From positions 32,001 through 96,000 of the IMG/VR virus record IMGVR_UViG_3300042448_001253: a stretch of DNA of 64,000 bases; one strand, 5' to 3'. Numbering within the stretch: the stretch's first letter is position 1; each line of letters starts with the position of its first letter. Of the stretch, positions 54,871-64,000 are shown piece by piece. The notes under the pieces were generated by a model that was not told the origin of the DNA, ran no database searches, and saw nothing but the letters and a program-made list of their open reading frames with translations. A program made the translations under genes and the position numbers. The stretch comes from a virus.

Positions 54871-55036
54871 ACATAAACGCCCCCTAATGCCCCTACAAGC
54901 CCCTAACCCCCTAAACCCTACATCTACCCGCCCGCACAACTGAACGCCCCTACACGCCCCGCACAAGCCCCCGCACACTTCCCCCGATTAAAAAGATAAC
55001 CCCCGCTTGTTAGGCGGGGGAAATCTTTAATGAACC

Positions 55037-55309
55037 CTAAACAATTACGATTGCGGGAACATCATCAGCAAAAGAACTTCGCTTAATCCAGTCGCCAATT
55101 TGAGCAACTTCATCACTAGCATCTTCCGCAACAACTTCACGCCATCTAGCCCCGCAACAATCGCAGTCGCCACTGCCATCAAAGTAAAGCCCATTACCAA
55201 GAGCAATCTTGTTAGCAGTTTCAGCATCATCAGCAGTTACTACAAACTGAATTGCTGGAGCGGTGTAATACCCGCCAGAATTATTCTGGATAAAAATAAA
55301 GTAAGCCAT
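55037..55309 (-). CDS. Cassette ORF, hypothetical with DCDCCG Cys cluster
   Basis: FIQNNSGGYY…GLYFDGSGDCDCCGARW; RBS GAAAGGGG. Confidence 0.75.
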   Translation of the reverse strand: MAYFIFIQNNSGGYYTAPAIQFVVTADDAETANKIALGNGLYFDGSGDCDCCGARWREVVAEDASDEVAQIGDWIKRSSFADDVPAIVIV

Positions 55310-55530
55310 AATTTCCCCTTTCGGAAATTCGTAATCAGCACTTCTGATTACATAAGAAGTTTACCATTAAATTTTCCAATTCCGCAAATCGCAATACCCG
55401 CATACAAATCTGGTGAAAAAATGAATACACCCGCAAGCCCGCCCGCAAAATAAAATCCTGCCCGCCGTAAGCCCGCCCGCTTAAATGCTTGACGGGGTTA
55501 GGTTGCCCTAACCCCGCAAGCCCGCCCGAC

Positions 55531-55848
55531 TTAGCGGAAGATGTTGATAATCACCTTGTAGGCGGTTGCTCTCTTTGTTGCTTCGTATGCTTCTGGAAAC
55601 AACTCCGCAAGTTTCTTGCTGTCGTTTGTGGTGCGTGTTCTCTCGTCAAGGCGAGCAACTTCTAGATTGCGGTGAGTTAGCAAAGTTGCTTCCCCGAACG
55701 CTTCCAAGATGTCTGCCTTAAGTTGTGTTTCTTCTTTCTCTAGGTTCGCAATCAACGCCTTAACTTCTGCGTAACGGGAAACCTTGTTAACTGTTTCAGT
55801 TGTAGCCTTAGCAGATACTACATCTGCGGTTTTTAAAATGGTAGCCAT
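55531..55848 (-). CDS. Cassette ORF, coiled-coil hypothetical (start adjusted to MATILK)
   Basis: RBS GAAAGGGG; promoter TTGACT-16-TACACT. Confidence 0.75.
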   Translation of the reverse strand: MATILKTADVVSAKATTETVNKVSRYAEVKALIANLEKEETQLKADILEAFGEATLLTHRNLEVARLDERTRTTNDSKKLAELFPEAYEATKRATAYKVIINIFR

Positions 55849-56186
55849 TTGGCGACCCCTTTCGTTTATCAAGGTTTCGGCGGTTGCTTCTAACTTCCCT
55901 TGATGTAATCAAGTGTATCAAAATCTGGCGGTAAGTCAAATCAAGACACACCCGCCCGCAACGAGTGTGAAAAAATGAATACACCCGCAAGCAACGCCCC
56001 CGCAACAACTCCAAGCCCCCGCATAAACCCTAAACACCTAAAAGCCCTTGTAAGCCCCTACAAGCCCCCGAAACTGCTCGCCCTAGTCCATACCCGTTTA
56101 GCAACAAAAGCCCGCCTATCCCCCTTACAAGCCCGCATAGAAGAAACGCCCTAACCTTTCGGCTAAGGCGTTCTCCTAGTTCTTGC

Positions 56187-56555
56187 TTAGTAATCGTAAC
56201 TCTCTGGCGATAGTGCGAACGCTTGCTCGCTGATTAGTTCGCTTATCTTGTTTAAGTTCTCGGCTAGGGTGCTAATTGCTTGCTTGGCATTGCTAATTGC
56301 TTGCTCTAGTTCTGGAGATAGCCCCAAAACTTCGCTGGCGTTGTCGCTGTCCCCATAGTGAGAGATTGGCAAGTCATTTACTAATTCCGCAACTGCTCTA
56401 ATCTCGTTGTAAATAACATCTAGTGCGTTGTTGTTCTGGCGTTCGCCTGTGTAGCCGTATAGACTTTCGCCCGAAAATAGCAAGTTAATTCGTGAAGCAT
56501 ACTTCTCTAAAAGAGAAGCGTTAAAACTTGGTGATACTTGGATAATTTCGTTCAT
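56187..56555 (-). CDS. Cassette ORF, helical hypothetical (start adjusted to MNEIIQ)
   Basis: RBS AAAGGG; promoter TTGCTT-16-TAGTAT. Confidence 0.7.
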   Translation of the reverse strand: MNEIIQVSPSFNASLLEKYASRINLLFSGESLYGYTGERQNNNALDVIYNEIRAVAELVNDLPISHYGDSDNASEVLGLSPELEQAISNAKQAISTLAENLNKISELISEQAFALSPESYDY

Positions 56556-56882
56556 AGTTGATAGCCCTTTATTAGTTGGTGAAACCACGCCCGCAAAAAA
56601 AGCAGGCGTGACAAAGCCCGAGACCACTTGGAGGTTTCTGTTTGACTTCATAAGTCAATACTACCACCCGCAAACTAAAAAGCAAGCATTTATCCAAAGA
56701 TTTATTTATTAGTTTTTAGGTTGCCCTAAGTCAGCCCAACTTCGCATTAAGCTAGTCGTGTCTTGTATTCATTTTTTCACAACCTATCCGCAAACAAAAA
56801 AAGCGGGTTGCCCACATAGCAAGCAATCCGCAAGCAAAAAACTCCCCCGCAAGTTGCGAGAGAGTTTGTTTGTTGTTGCGAA

Positions 56883-57158
56883 TTACTTAGGCAGTTTGTC
56901 CGTCAAGGTTATCAAGGCTAGGCGGTATGCTTCACGCTTCACATAGGCTTCGTGCTGACTTAGTGCTAAATAGTTAGCGTGTGTTTCGCTTCCGTCTGTT
57001 GCCCAAGTCTGTCTGTTGCTGGCTTCATCAATCCACTTGGCATACTTGTCCGCAACTCTGGCAATCGCCCTTGCTAAGTTATAAGTTGTCTCAACTTTGT
57101 AAATCTTCTTAATGACAAGTTCCGCATACTGCTCTGCTGTTAGGTTCATTAGTTCCAC
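56883..57158 (-). CDS. Cassette ORF, hypothetical
   Basis: 91 aa, overlaps the upstream ORF; RBS AAGGGAG. Confidence 0.7.
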   Translation of the reverse strand: MELMNLTAEQYAELVIKKIYKVETTYNLARAIARVADKYAKWIDEASNRQTWATDGSETHANYLALSQHEAYVKREAYRLALITLTDKLPK

Positions 57159-57325
57159 TCCCTTAGTGCCTTAGTTAGTTTGGCGTTGCGAGTTCTCGCA
57201 CGCTTGTCCGCCTTGTTGGCGTGAGTTCCGCTGGCGTTGCTTCTCGCACGCTGGCGAAGCAACTCCGCAAGCACGCTGGCTTCAGCGTTGCGAACGGCTT
57301 GATTGTTTCTGTCTAGTTTTGACAT
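57149..57325 (-). CDS. Cassette ORF, small basic protein (start adjusted to MSKLDR)
   Basis: RBS GAAAGGG; promoter TTGCTT-16-TAGACT; Arg/Lys-rich. Confidence 0.7.
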   Translation of the reverse strand: MSKLDRNNQAVRNAEASVLAELLRQRARSNASGTHANKADKRARTRNAKLTKALREWN

Positions 57326-57498
57326 CTTGACCCTTTCTTGTCTTAGGACAAGTCTACCAAAATCTAGGGAAAAAGCAAATCTCGCCCCGTGTCGCCCGTA
57401 AGCCTGTGAAAAAATGAATACGCACCCCGAACTCGCAAGCACTCGGCAAGCAAAAAAATAACCCCCTGAAAAATCAGGGGGATACTTTTTACTAAGGC

Positions 57499-57657
57499 TT
57501 AGTTTGAGTTTCCAACTACTTCCCAAGTGAACGGCTTGTCGCCCATAAGTTCCTTAGTTCTACGAATAATTTCTTCTGCCTTTTCCCAAGTGTGAACTTC
57601 ATAAATCGGGTGGACATTAGAAACTTCATCGTGAATAATTAGTGAATAGATGTTCAT
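57499..57657 (-). CDS. Cassette ORF, 52 aa (not in the ORF track)
   Basis: MNIYSLIIHDEVSNVHPIYEVHTWEKAEEIIRR…; RBS GAAAAGGA. Confidence 0.65.
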   Translation of the reverse strand: MNIYSLIIHDEVSNVHPIYEVHTWEKAEEIIRRTKELMGDKPFTWEVVGNSN

Positions 57658-57682
57658 TTGTTTTTCCTTTTCTTGTTTGTTT

Positions 57683-57892
57683 TTATTTAGGGTTTTTGAT
57701 TATCCAGAGAGCAACGGCAAAGGTGTTCACAAGTTCGCCTGTGTTTAGTTCGTTGCCGAACTTCCCACCAGAAACTTCGTAAGCGAACTTCGGTTCGCAC
57801 TTGACGCCAACGCCCCAAGATTGAGCCAATGCTAATGCTTCTAGGTTTAGGCGATTAGACTTCTTGCTAACGCCTGTTTTTCTTCTTGCCAT
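57683..57892 (-). CDS. Cassette ORF, hypothetical (start adjusted to MARRKT)
   Basis: RBS GAAAGGGA; -10 TATACT. Confidence 0.7.
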   Translation of the reverse strand: MARRKTGVSKKSNRLNLEALALAQSWGVGVKCEPKFAYEVSGGKFGNELNTGELVNTFAVALWIIKNPK

Positions 57893-58065
57893 TTTTCGTC
57901 CCTTTCGTTTATAGAATAAGTATACCACCACGCACCGACACGCACAACCCAACACACCTAGCCGTGACCTCTTGTGAAAAAATGAATACGCAACCCCAAC
58001 ACCACGCACCCGCAAGCAAAAGAAAATCCCCCCACAAAAGCAGGGGGACTTCCCGTAAGAATTAC

Positions 58066-58251
58066 TTATCTATTTCTACGCCTAATGAACACAGGCAGTT
58101 CCGCAATCGCAAGCACCAGAGCAACAGGTATCAGCAAGCCCGCAAGCCCTAGCCCGATTACAAAAGCCATTTCACTTCCGCCCACAAGCCCGTAATAGAA
58201 CCCGCAACCAGCAGACCAGACACCTAGCAACGCAAGCACGCCCTTAATCAT
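58066..58251 (-). CDS. Cassette ORF, two-TM membrane protein
   Basis: 61 aa, hydrophobic, overlaps the upstream ORF. Confidence 0.7.
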   Translation of the reverse strand: MIKGVLALLGVWSAGCGFYYGLVGGSEMAFVIGLGLAGLLIPVALVLAIAELPVFIRRRNR

Positions 58252-58462
58252 TTAGTCGCCTAACCTCAAACCAAGCACTAACCGCAAAAGCCAGCGTTAC
58301 GCCTACGCCAAAGAATAGACCTAAGTTCCAATAGTAGCCAGCAGTTTCACCGCTACCAGTGGCACTAAATGTAATCACAAATAAGCAGACCAGCGTATAA
58401 GCCAGAGCAACAGCAGGCACGATTACGATACCCGCAAGCAATCTCCTAAATACATACTTCAT
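58244..58462 (-). CDS. Cassette ORF, two-TM membrane protein
   Basis: 72 aa, hydrophobic; RBS GAAAGGGA. Confidence 0.7.
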   Translation of the reverse strand: MKYVFRRLLAGIVIVPAVALAYTLVCLFVITFSATGSGETAGYYWNLGLFFGVGVTLAFAVSAWFEVRRLND

Positions 58463-58648
58463 TTTTAATCCCTTTCCTAAGGTTGTAATACAATCTTACA
58501 CCCTAGACCCCAATTCACGCAATACCCCACCCGTAAGCGTGTTGCGGGTGAAAAAATGAATACTCCCCGTATAAAAATTACCGCAAGCAATCTGCCCGCA
58601 AGCAAGAAACTAGGCGAGTGTTTCCACCCGCCTAGTCCGCTTACTTAC

Positions 58649-58864
58649 TTAGAAACTCCACGCTCCAAAGTCAATGTCGCTAGCAATTCTTCTAGCATCA
58701 CTCCACGCACTTTCTCCGTAAAAGTATCTAACCTTGTTTGTGATTTTGTTTTCTACTTTCCAGTAGTCTTGCTCAAAGACGGCAGTCCCGTAAGAAACTC
58801 TCACTAGTCCGCTGTCGTAAGCAACTTCCCACTCCTGAACTAACTTGACACTTGGCTTAGCCAT
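58649..58864 (-). CDS. Cassette ORF, hypothetical (start adjusted to MAKPSV)
   Basis: RBS GAAAGGG; -10 TAAGAT. Confidence 0.7.
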   Translation of the reverse strand: MAKPSVKLVQEWEVAYDSGLVRVSYGTAVFEQDYWKVENKITNKVRYFYGESAWSDARRIASDIDFGAWSF

Positions 58865-58984
58865 TTGTCGCCCTTTCCGTTTAACTTCATAACCAATTTG
58901 ATTACATAGTAATCTTACCACCATTACCCGTAATCACCTAATCGCAACGGCAAAGCGATACCCCCTGTGAAAAAATGAATACAC

Positions 58985-59032
<48 letters not shown>

Positions 59033-59035
59033 GGG

Positions 59036-59067
59036 AAAAAAAAAAAAAACCCCCCATTGCTGGGGGG
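59036..59067 (-). terminator. Intrinsic terminator, representative of those ending each cassette
   Basis: CCCCCC-ATTGCT-GGGGGG with an A14 tract on + (U tract on -). Similar hairpins near 54990, 56150, 57470, 58030, 58610, 59575, 60010, 60385, 60845, 61380, 61860, 62515, 62930, 63355 and 63855. Confidence 0.8.
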
Positions 59068-59085
59068 AGAGTTTTAATTAAGGGT

Positions 59086-59433
59086 CTAGCCGAATACTAT
59101 TTCCCCGAACATCGCAACCTGAACAATTACATCTGCGTCTGTTGCGTCGTAATCAACATCACTAGGGTCTGCGATTAGTTGCTGGCAAACTGCCTTGGTT
59201 GCTGAATTAACTTTTACTTCACCGCTAGCAAGTCTCTTGCTGGCTTCGTATAGGTCTTGGTAAGTAACTGTCTTGTTAACTACGCCGGCGGTTTCATCTA
59301 CGCAATCGTCTAGCAAGGTGATTGAGTAGGTTTGGTTTGCTTCGTCGTGTGTTGCTGTTTCTGCCCAGTAGTCAATAGACATACCTGCGTCATCACAGAT
59401 AAAGCCTAGGACTTCTTTTAGTTCTGCGTTCAT
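59086..59433 (-). CDS. Cassette ORF, hypothetical acidic protein
   Basis: 115 aa, …DYDATDADVIVQVAMFGEIVFG; RBS AAGGGAG. Confidence 0.75.
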   Translation of the reverse strand: MNAELKEVLGFICDDAGMSIDYWAETATHDEANQTYSITLLDDCVDETAGVVNKTVTYQDLYEASKRLASGEVKVNSATKAVCQQLIADPSDVDYDATDADVIVQVAMFGEIVFG

Positions 59434-59479
59434 TGTTGCTCCCTTATTTGTGTTTCGTAATCATTTGATTACATAAGTA

Positions 59480-59508
59480 ATCTTACTCTCTTTATGTCCG
59501 CAAGTCAA
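59480..59508 (-). promoter_or_regulatory. Sigma70/HrdB-type promoter
   Basis: TTGACT-17-TAAGAT; box 26 bp upstream of the -35. Confidence 0.8.
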
Positions 59509-59602
59509 AACGACACGCCAGAGCCGTAAGGGCTGTGAAAAAATGAATACAGAATACCTAACCGCAAAACAACACCCTTTCGGGTGTCGCCTTGCTCGGT
59601 GG

Positions 59603-59863
59603 CTAGATGTCCTTTGCCAACGCCTTTGCTTCGCATTGGAGTTCGTAAACGCCAGATAGGAATTCGTCTGGGTGAGAGATGAAGCCCCCGCGAGTTGCTT
59701 CCAAGCGAGTTCCCTGTGTGAAGTTGTAGTCTTCGTCCCAGATGAGTTCCTTGCTTACTAGGTAGATAGTCCAGAAACCATCTACTTTGTAAAGGCGGTA
59801 GAACCCGTCTTCTGTCTTGTTGTAGCACTTGCCCAAGTCGCTTGCGTAAGTGGTGGTGGTCAT
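59603..59863 (-). CDS. Cassette ORF, hypothetical (start adjusted to MTTTTY)
   Basis: RBS GAAAGGGA. Confidence 0.7.
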   Translation of the reverse strand: MTTTTYASDLGKCYNKTEDGFYRLYKVDGFWTIYLVSKELIWDEDYNFTQGTRLEATRGGFISHPDEFLSGVYELQCEAKALAKDI

Positions 59864-59912
59864 TGTGTCCCTTTCGGTTTGGTGGAGCATTTATTTATTT
59901 AGTTATGACTAA

Positions 59913-59940
59913 ATTATAGTCGCTAATTTAAATAAGTCAA
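59913..59940 (-). promoter_or_regulatory. Sigma70/HrdB-type promoter
   Basis: TTGACT-16-TATAAT. Confidence 0.8.
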
Positions 59941-60050
59941 ATCGTAGAGAGTATTGGCGTGGCGGGGTGAAAAAATGAATACCCGCAACCTTTCACGCAA
60001 AAAAAAATAACCCCCCCACTTTCGCAGGGGAGTCATCTTTGTATTAGCGA

Positions 60051-60233
60051 CTAAAGGCTAACGCAGTTCTCGGCATCGCAGTTATCGCAATGGACAATAA
60101 CTTCATCGCTACCCCTTGACCCAACAGCGTCAACGCCATCGTGTTCGTGTTCGCACTTGTCGCACTCAAAGGACACTGTTAAAGCAACTTCGTCATCCCA
60201 AGGTGTCGCTAGTTTCCAATCATCGTAAGACAT
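60051..60233 (-). CDS. Cassette ORF, small Zn-ribbon protein (start adjusted to MSYDDW)
   Basis: CDKC…CDNC; RBS GAAAGGG. Confidence 0.7.
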   Translation of the reverse strand: MSYDDWKLATPWDDEVALTVSFECDKCEHEHDGVDAVGSRGSDEVIVHCDNCDAENCVSL

Positions 60234-60424
60234 CTCTGCCCTTTCCCACAAGAACCTTTCTTGCTTATAGCAAGTATACTACTCACCACCGACATACCAC
60301 AAATCAAACCACTACCCCGTGAGTAGCAGGTGAAAAAATGAATACAGGCGAAAACTCTGTGCGACCTTATAGACACAAATAAACCCCCTACTTCCGTAAG
60401 GGGCTTACCTGCTGTTGCTAACGC

Positions 60425-60706
60425 TTAGTCAGCGTATTCTTCCCAATGCTGTTCGCAGACCCACGGCATAGAGCCGTCAGGCATAGTTACATACCCGATA
60501 AAGTCCTTAGGGCAGAAGCCACAAGTTTCGGCTACCTTAGCCGCCACAGGCTTTACATTGCTAGGTCTTACAGATAGCAACGCCCCGTTAGCCTTGCGAA
60601 CAACCCACCAATCCGTATACCTTACAGGTGAAGACTTGTCTGCCAATGTAAAGATAGTGTTTCCACGACCCTTAACACGAACCTTAGTTCCAATCTCTAT
60701 GTTCAT
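60425..60706 (-). CDS. Cassette ORF, SH3/KOW-like domain plus Zn-finger-like motif
   Basis: IGTKVRVKG…; CGFC…CEQH. Confidence 0.7.
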   Translation of the reverse strand: MNIEIGTKVRVKGRGNTIFTLADKSSPVRYTDWWVVRKANGALLSVRPSNVKPVAAKVAETCGFCPKDFIGYVTMPDGSMPWVCEQHWEEYAD

Positions 60707-60878
60707 AATTCCCTTTACTAATCAGTAAGGAACTTTTCCTTACATAGCAAGGATACCACACAACCCCCGACAAACCAAACACCCCCACGACCAAGCGTGC
60801 CTAGGTGAAAAAATGAATACACACAGCGAACGGCAAAAACAAACAGCCAACTTTTCAGCTGGCTGTCTGCTTGTCGTG

Positions 60879-61217
60879 TTATCTGCTGAACTGCTCGTAT
60901 TGCTCTGCTGTTTCTCTTCTGTCGTGAATTGCTACGGCAAAGTGAGAAACGCCTGTTAGGGCTTCTACGGCTCTAGAGAAACGGCTGTCGCTGGTAGCCC
61001 CGTAAGTTCCGCCCATCATCTGAAAACCATCGGTAAAGTTATCCGCTGGAATAATGATTGCTGTCTTGCCGTAACCACGAACTAACTCGGCGGCTGGTGC
61101 TTCTGCTGTCGGCTCAAACGGACCTTCAACATTGATAAGTGTAACTTGCTTCTTGCCGTAAAATACGTTCATAGTGCTATCGTATTCGGCTCTGTAGATG
61201 CTAACAATAAGTCCCAT
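60879..61217 (-). CDS. Cassette ORF, hypothetical (start adjusted to MGLIVS)
   Basis: RBS AAGGG; promoter TTGCGT-17-TAAGAT. Confidence 0.7.
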   Translation of the reverse strand: MGLIVSIYRAEYDSTMNVFYGKKQVTLINVEGPFEPTAEAPAAELVRGYGKTAIIIPADNFTDGFQMMGGTYGATSDSRFSRAVEALTGVSHFAVAIHDRRETAEQYEQFSR

Positions 61218-61419
61218 CGGGGAACCCTTGCCCTCTCCTGTAACCCTCAGCCCCCTTGGCTTCCTGATTACAATAGTAATCTTACTCCTAACCACAGACA
61301 AACGCAAATCGTAGCCGAGCTCGGTATGTCGGGGTGAAAAAATGAATACACAATCCAGCCCCTCAACTTAAACACAAACGCCCCCTAACCTTTCGGCTAA
61401 GGGGTGTCGTGTTGCTAGA

Positions 61420-61719
61420 TTACTTAGGGCGACACTCGCTAAGTGGCTTAGGCGTGAACCCTAAATCTCTCTCTATGAGTGGAAGTTTCCCGCCCATAGC
61501 AGTTACGCTTGCCAACTCGGTTAGTGAGAAGTAGCCTAACTCGCTCTCAAAGCCGTTCACTAGCCCGAAGAACTGGTCCTGTCCGTCAAACTCAATTGCG
61601 AACCATTCCCAGTTTCCAGCGATAGAGAAGAACCTAACCTGTGCGATAGGGTCTTCGGTGTTTTCCTGTGAGTAAAGCGGTGGCAACTTGTCGGCAAGTG
61701 CCTTGGTTAGTAGTTTCAT
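61420..61719 (-). CDS. Cassette ORF, DUF2958-like protein (start adjusted to MKLLTK)
   Basis: LPPLYSQE…VRFF…WEWFAIE…FFGLV.G.E.ELGYFSLTEL…IERDL.F pattern. Confidence 0.75.
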   Translation of the reverse strand: MKLLTKALADKLPPLYSQENTEDPIAQVRFFSIAGNWEWFAIEFDGQDQFFGLVNGFESELGYFSLTELASVTAMGGKLPLIERDLGFTPKPLSECRPK

Positions 61720-61901
61720 TGTTTCCCTTTCAGCCGAACTTTTCGGCTTACTAGTAAGCATACTCTACACCCCCGACATTTCACAACTCCCACGCCCAAA
61801 GCCGTATGCGAGGTGAAAAAATGAATACACTCGCCCGTAACTTTTGATTAGCGAAATCCCCCCTGACTTTTATCAAGGGGGACTTTACTAACTGCTAGGC
61901 G

Positions 61902-62336
61902 TTAGACACGCTTGGCACAAACAGGACCAATCCCGTTCGCAACAGACTTAGGGTCTGTTAGCAAGATACCGCATACACAACACAGACCGGTTTCCACGCC
62001 AAACAACTTAGCCTGTTCCAAGGTCATTCTGTCGCCAGCGGTGAGTTTGTAGATTGCCCCCTTGTCGTATTCAAACCCGTTGATAAGGTCTAAACGCTTA
62101 GCGTATAGGTTGCCACTCTCTCGGCTCTTCTGGACCCTGTAAATGTCCCCGTTAGCCAACTGATACATACCAACAGACAAGGTTGCGACCTGCTTAGGTG
62201 CGTTGAGCAACTGCCCGATTAAATCACTAGCCCCCTTGCTAGTAAGGTTAGTGAAATCTACAGACCCAGAGAATACTCTGTCGCCTAGTAGTGAGTTAAT
62301 AAATGCGACCTGCTTATCGCTTGCGAGAACTGACAT
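61902..62336 (-). CDS. Cassette ORF with C-terminal DUF6011-like Zn motif
   Basis: ASDKQVAFINSL N-terminus; CCVCGILLTDPKSVANGIGPVC C-terminus. Confidence 0.7.
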   Translation of the reverse strand: MSVLASDKQVAFINSLLGDRVFSGSVDFTNLTSKGASDLIGQLLNAPKQVATLSVGMYQLANGDIYRVQKSRESGNLYAKRLDLINGFEYDKGAIYKLTAGDRMTLEQAKLFGVETGLCCVCGILLTDPKSVANGIGPVCAKRV

Positions 62337-62377
62337 TTGATACCCTTTCAGCCAGCCACCTTGGCTGGTCTAAGACC

Positions 62378-62406
62378 AGTATAGCCCCTGACTAATACAA
62401 AGTCAA
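62378..62406 (-). promoter_or_regulatory. Near-consensus sigma70/HrdB-type promoter
   Basis: TTGACT-17-TATACT. Confidence 0.85.
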
Positions 62407-62590
62407 ACACATACACAAACTTTATTTTCCGGAAAGCGACCCGTGTTAAGCTACGGCTCTTAGGTATTCATTTTTTCACCCAGCGACTCAACGGCACACT
62501 AGTTAAAAGTGAAACGCCCTGCTCGGTATGTTCACAAGCAAGGCGTTTCGTATTGACGGGGGAAAGGGGGGAATACCCCGCCAAATCTAT

Positions 62591-62725
62591 TTAGTTATCT
62601 TCTTCACTATCCCCGTTAATGAGTTGCTCTAAGGCGTGTAATGCTTCTTCTGCGTCAGTTGCTCCTGCGTGGAAGTCGCTGTAAATCGCCTTTACTGCTT
62701 TTGCTTCTGTGTCGCTTAGTTCCAT
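62591..62725 (-). CDS. Cassette ORF, 44-aa acidic peptide (start adjusted to MELSDT)
   Basis: RBS AAAGGGA. Confidence 0.6.
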   Translation of the reverse strand: MELSDTEAKAVKAIYSDFHAGATDAEEALHALEQLINGDSEEDN

Positions 62726-62957
62726 TTGTGTCCCTTTACTACTCTGTGGAACTGCTTTGCGGTAGGTGGAGAGCACTCTCCTCTGGCTACTCTTATCTAG
62801 TGCTAGACAGGCAGTATCAAGCGTTTTACTTGATACCTCTACCTTACCACATAACCACCGACAACCCAAACCAACCACGCAAATCCGTATTTCAGGTGAA
62901 AAAATGAATACGCACCAGCGAAACCGCAAATCCCCGCTGGAACGGGGAAGCGTGATT

Positions 62958-63206
62958 TTAAAGTTTGGTGAGTTTGTCGCCACTCCGCTTAAACTCTTGA
63001 CGGCAATCTTCGCAAACGCCTTCATCAGTATCAACTAGGCGAGCAACGGCTTCTTCGCCATTACAGACATCACACTCGCTACGGGAGAAATAGTCGTGAC
63101 CAAACGGAAAACGGGTGTAGCCCCGATAAGTTGTCCCCACTCCGTCAGTATCTACTGACTCAATAATAGTGTTTAGGGTGGTGGTTGAGCGGAAGAACTT
63201 AGACAT
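62958..63206 (-). CDS. Cassette ORF, Zn-finger-like (start adjusted to MSKFFR)
   Basis: CDVC…CEDC; RBS GAAAGGGGA; promoter TTGCTT-17-TAGACT. Confidence 0.7.
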   Translation of the reverse strand: MSKFFRSTTTLNTIIESVDTDGVGTTYRGYTRFPFGHDYFSRSECDVCNGEEAVARLVDTDEGVCEDCRQEFKRSGDKLTKL

Positions 63207-63385
63207 TTGGTATCCCCTTTCAAGAGATAGAATTAGTGCCAAGTCGAGCCTTGGCTACGCCAAGTCTAACACACTCCAAATCTAAAAGCAACATACGCCA
63301 CGAAGTCGTGTCCTAGGGCGAAAAAATGAATACACAAACCCGTAAAGCAAAACAACCAGCCTTTCGGCTGGCTGTCTGCTGGTTG

Positions 63386-63709
63386 CTAGGCTACAAGTTT
63401 CCAACCAAACTCGCTACACACATACTCTCTGCCGTCTATGGCAACTTTGTCGCCAACGCTTAGGGCTGTGTGTGGTCTGTTCTCTGGCATAACCGCTTGT
63501 AGTGCGTCCCAGAACTTACCCGCATAGTGATTTGTGTTGCTGAAAATAGCGTTACAGATTAGAACGTCGCCCTCTGGAAAATCAAACTCCAGCTCGGCTG
63601 TTGCGTTGCCCTTTACTTCGTAACCCTTGTTGATTAGGTCAAGGATAATTGTGTCCCTATCCTCGCCTAAGTATCCCTTTGAAACCCAAGTAATTTTGAT
63701 GTTAGACAC
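63386..63709 (-). CDS. Cassette ORF, hypothetical
   Basis: 107 aa, …HTALSVGDKVAIDGREYVCSEFGW; RBS GAGAGGG. Confidence 0.7.
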   Translation of the reverse strand: MSNIKITWVSKGYLGEDRDTIILDLINKGYEVKGNATAELEFDFPEGDVLICNAIFSNTNHYAGKFWDALQAVMPENRPHTALSVGDKVAIDGREYVCSEFGWKLVA

Positions 63710-63893
63710 CTAAACCACCCTCTCTGTAATCAGGCACCTTGCCGTTTTGATTACATAGTAATCCTACTACACAACTACGACATTTTCCAAATCGCCACAC
63801 TTTGCCGTGTAGTCTTGTGAAAAAATGAATACATACATTTACGATACAAACTAACCCCGCAAGTCTAAACTCGCAGGGTCAGTTCAGGTCAGC

Positions 63894-64000
63894 CTACTCG
63901 CAACCGCAGGTCAAGCCCCACTCGGACACAGGTTCCATTTCGCAATCTGAGCAGTAAGGCTCTTCAATCTCAAAGTAGTCCTTTACGAAGAAGTCTTTAG
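63894..64000 (-). CDS. Partial cassette ORF (3' end), Cys-rich
   Basis: …KDYFEIEEPYCSDCEMEPVSEWGLTCGCE*, followed by a hairpin; the array continues beyond the window. Confidence 0.6.
   Translation of the reverse strand, partial: KDFFVKDYFEIEEPYCSDCEMEPVSEWGLTCGCE

Noticed and set aside
54689-54887. Overlapping ORFs 54689-54874 (-) and 54693-54887 (+)
   Set aside because: They are translations of the box and the 12-bp tandem repeats across a promoter region.

Overview
A 64-kb segment of a large, long-tailed (siphovirus-like) dsDNA phage. The host is inferred to be an actinobacterium, from the WhiB gene, actinophage-type portal, protease and tail genes, and TTGAC/TAnnnT promoters. From 1 to 2.8 kb on the + strand are the tail of a probable SSB, hypothetical genes and WhiB. 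From 2.8 to 52.4 kb on the - strand is one continuous virion module: double-HTH genes, NlpC/P60, terminase, portal, Dps, several very large accessory head-cluster proteins, maturation protease, major capsid, tail tube, adaptor, chaperones, tape measure, Dit, hub and fibre, then a cytidylyltransferase. From 52.4 to 53.4 kb is a non-coding, G-poor region with palindromic repeats. From 53.4 to 64 kb is an array of about 19 small transcription units with the pattern [16-bp box - promoter - 1 or 2 small ORFs - terminator]. Three observations stand out. (1) A second, unannotated -1 frameshift signal (C CCA AAA + 5 nt + hairpin) matches the architecture of the phage's own tail-chaperone signal; it would fuse a 1452-aa ORF to a 1621-aa ORF carrying a zincin, two or three ADP-ribosyltransferase domains and a DEDDh nuclease (about 3089 aa in total). 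(2) The 16-bp box GTATTCATTTTTTCAC sits 25-27 bp upstream of the -35 hexamer in the direct-orientation cassettes. (3) Most cassette promoters have a sequence-variable but structure-conserved inverted repeat overlapping the -10/+1 region. All calls come from reading motifs by eye; no database searches were run.
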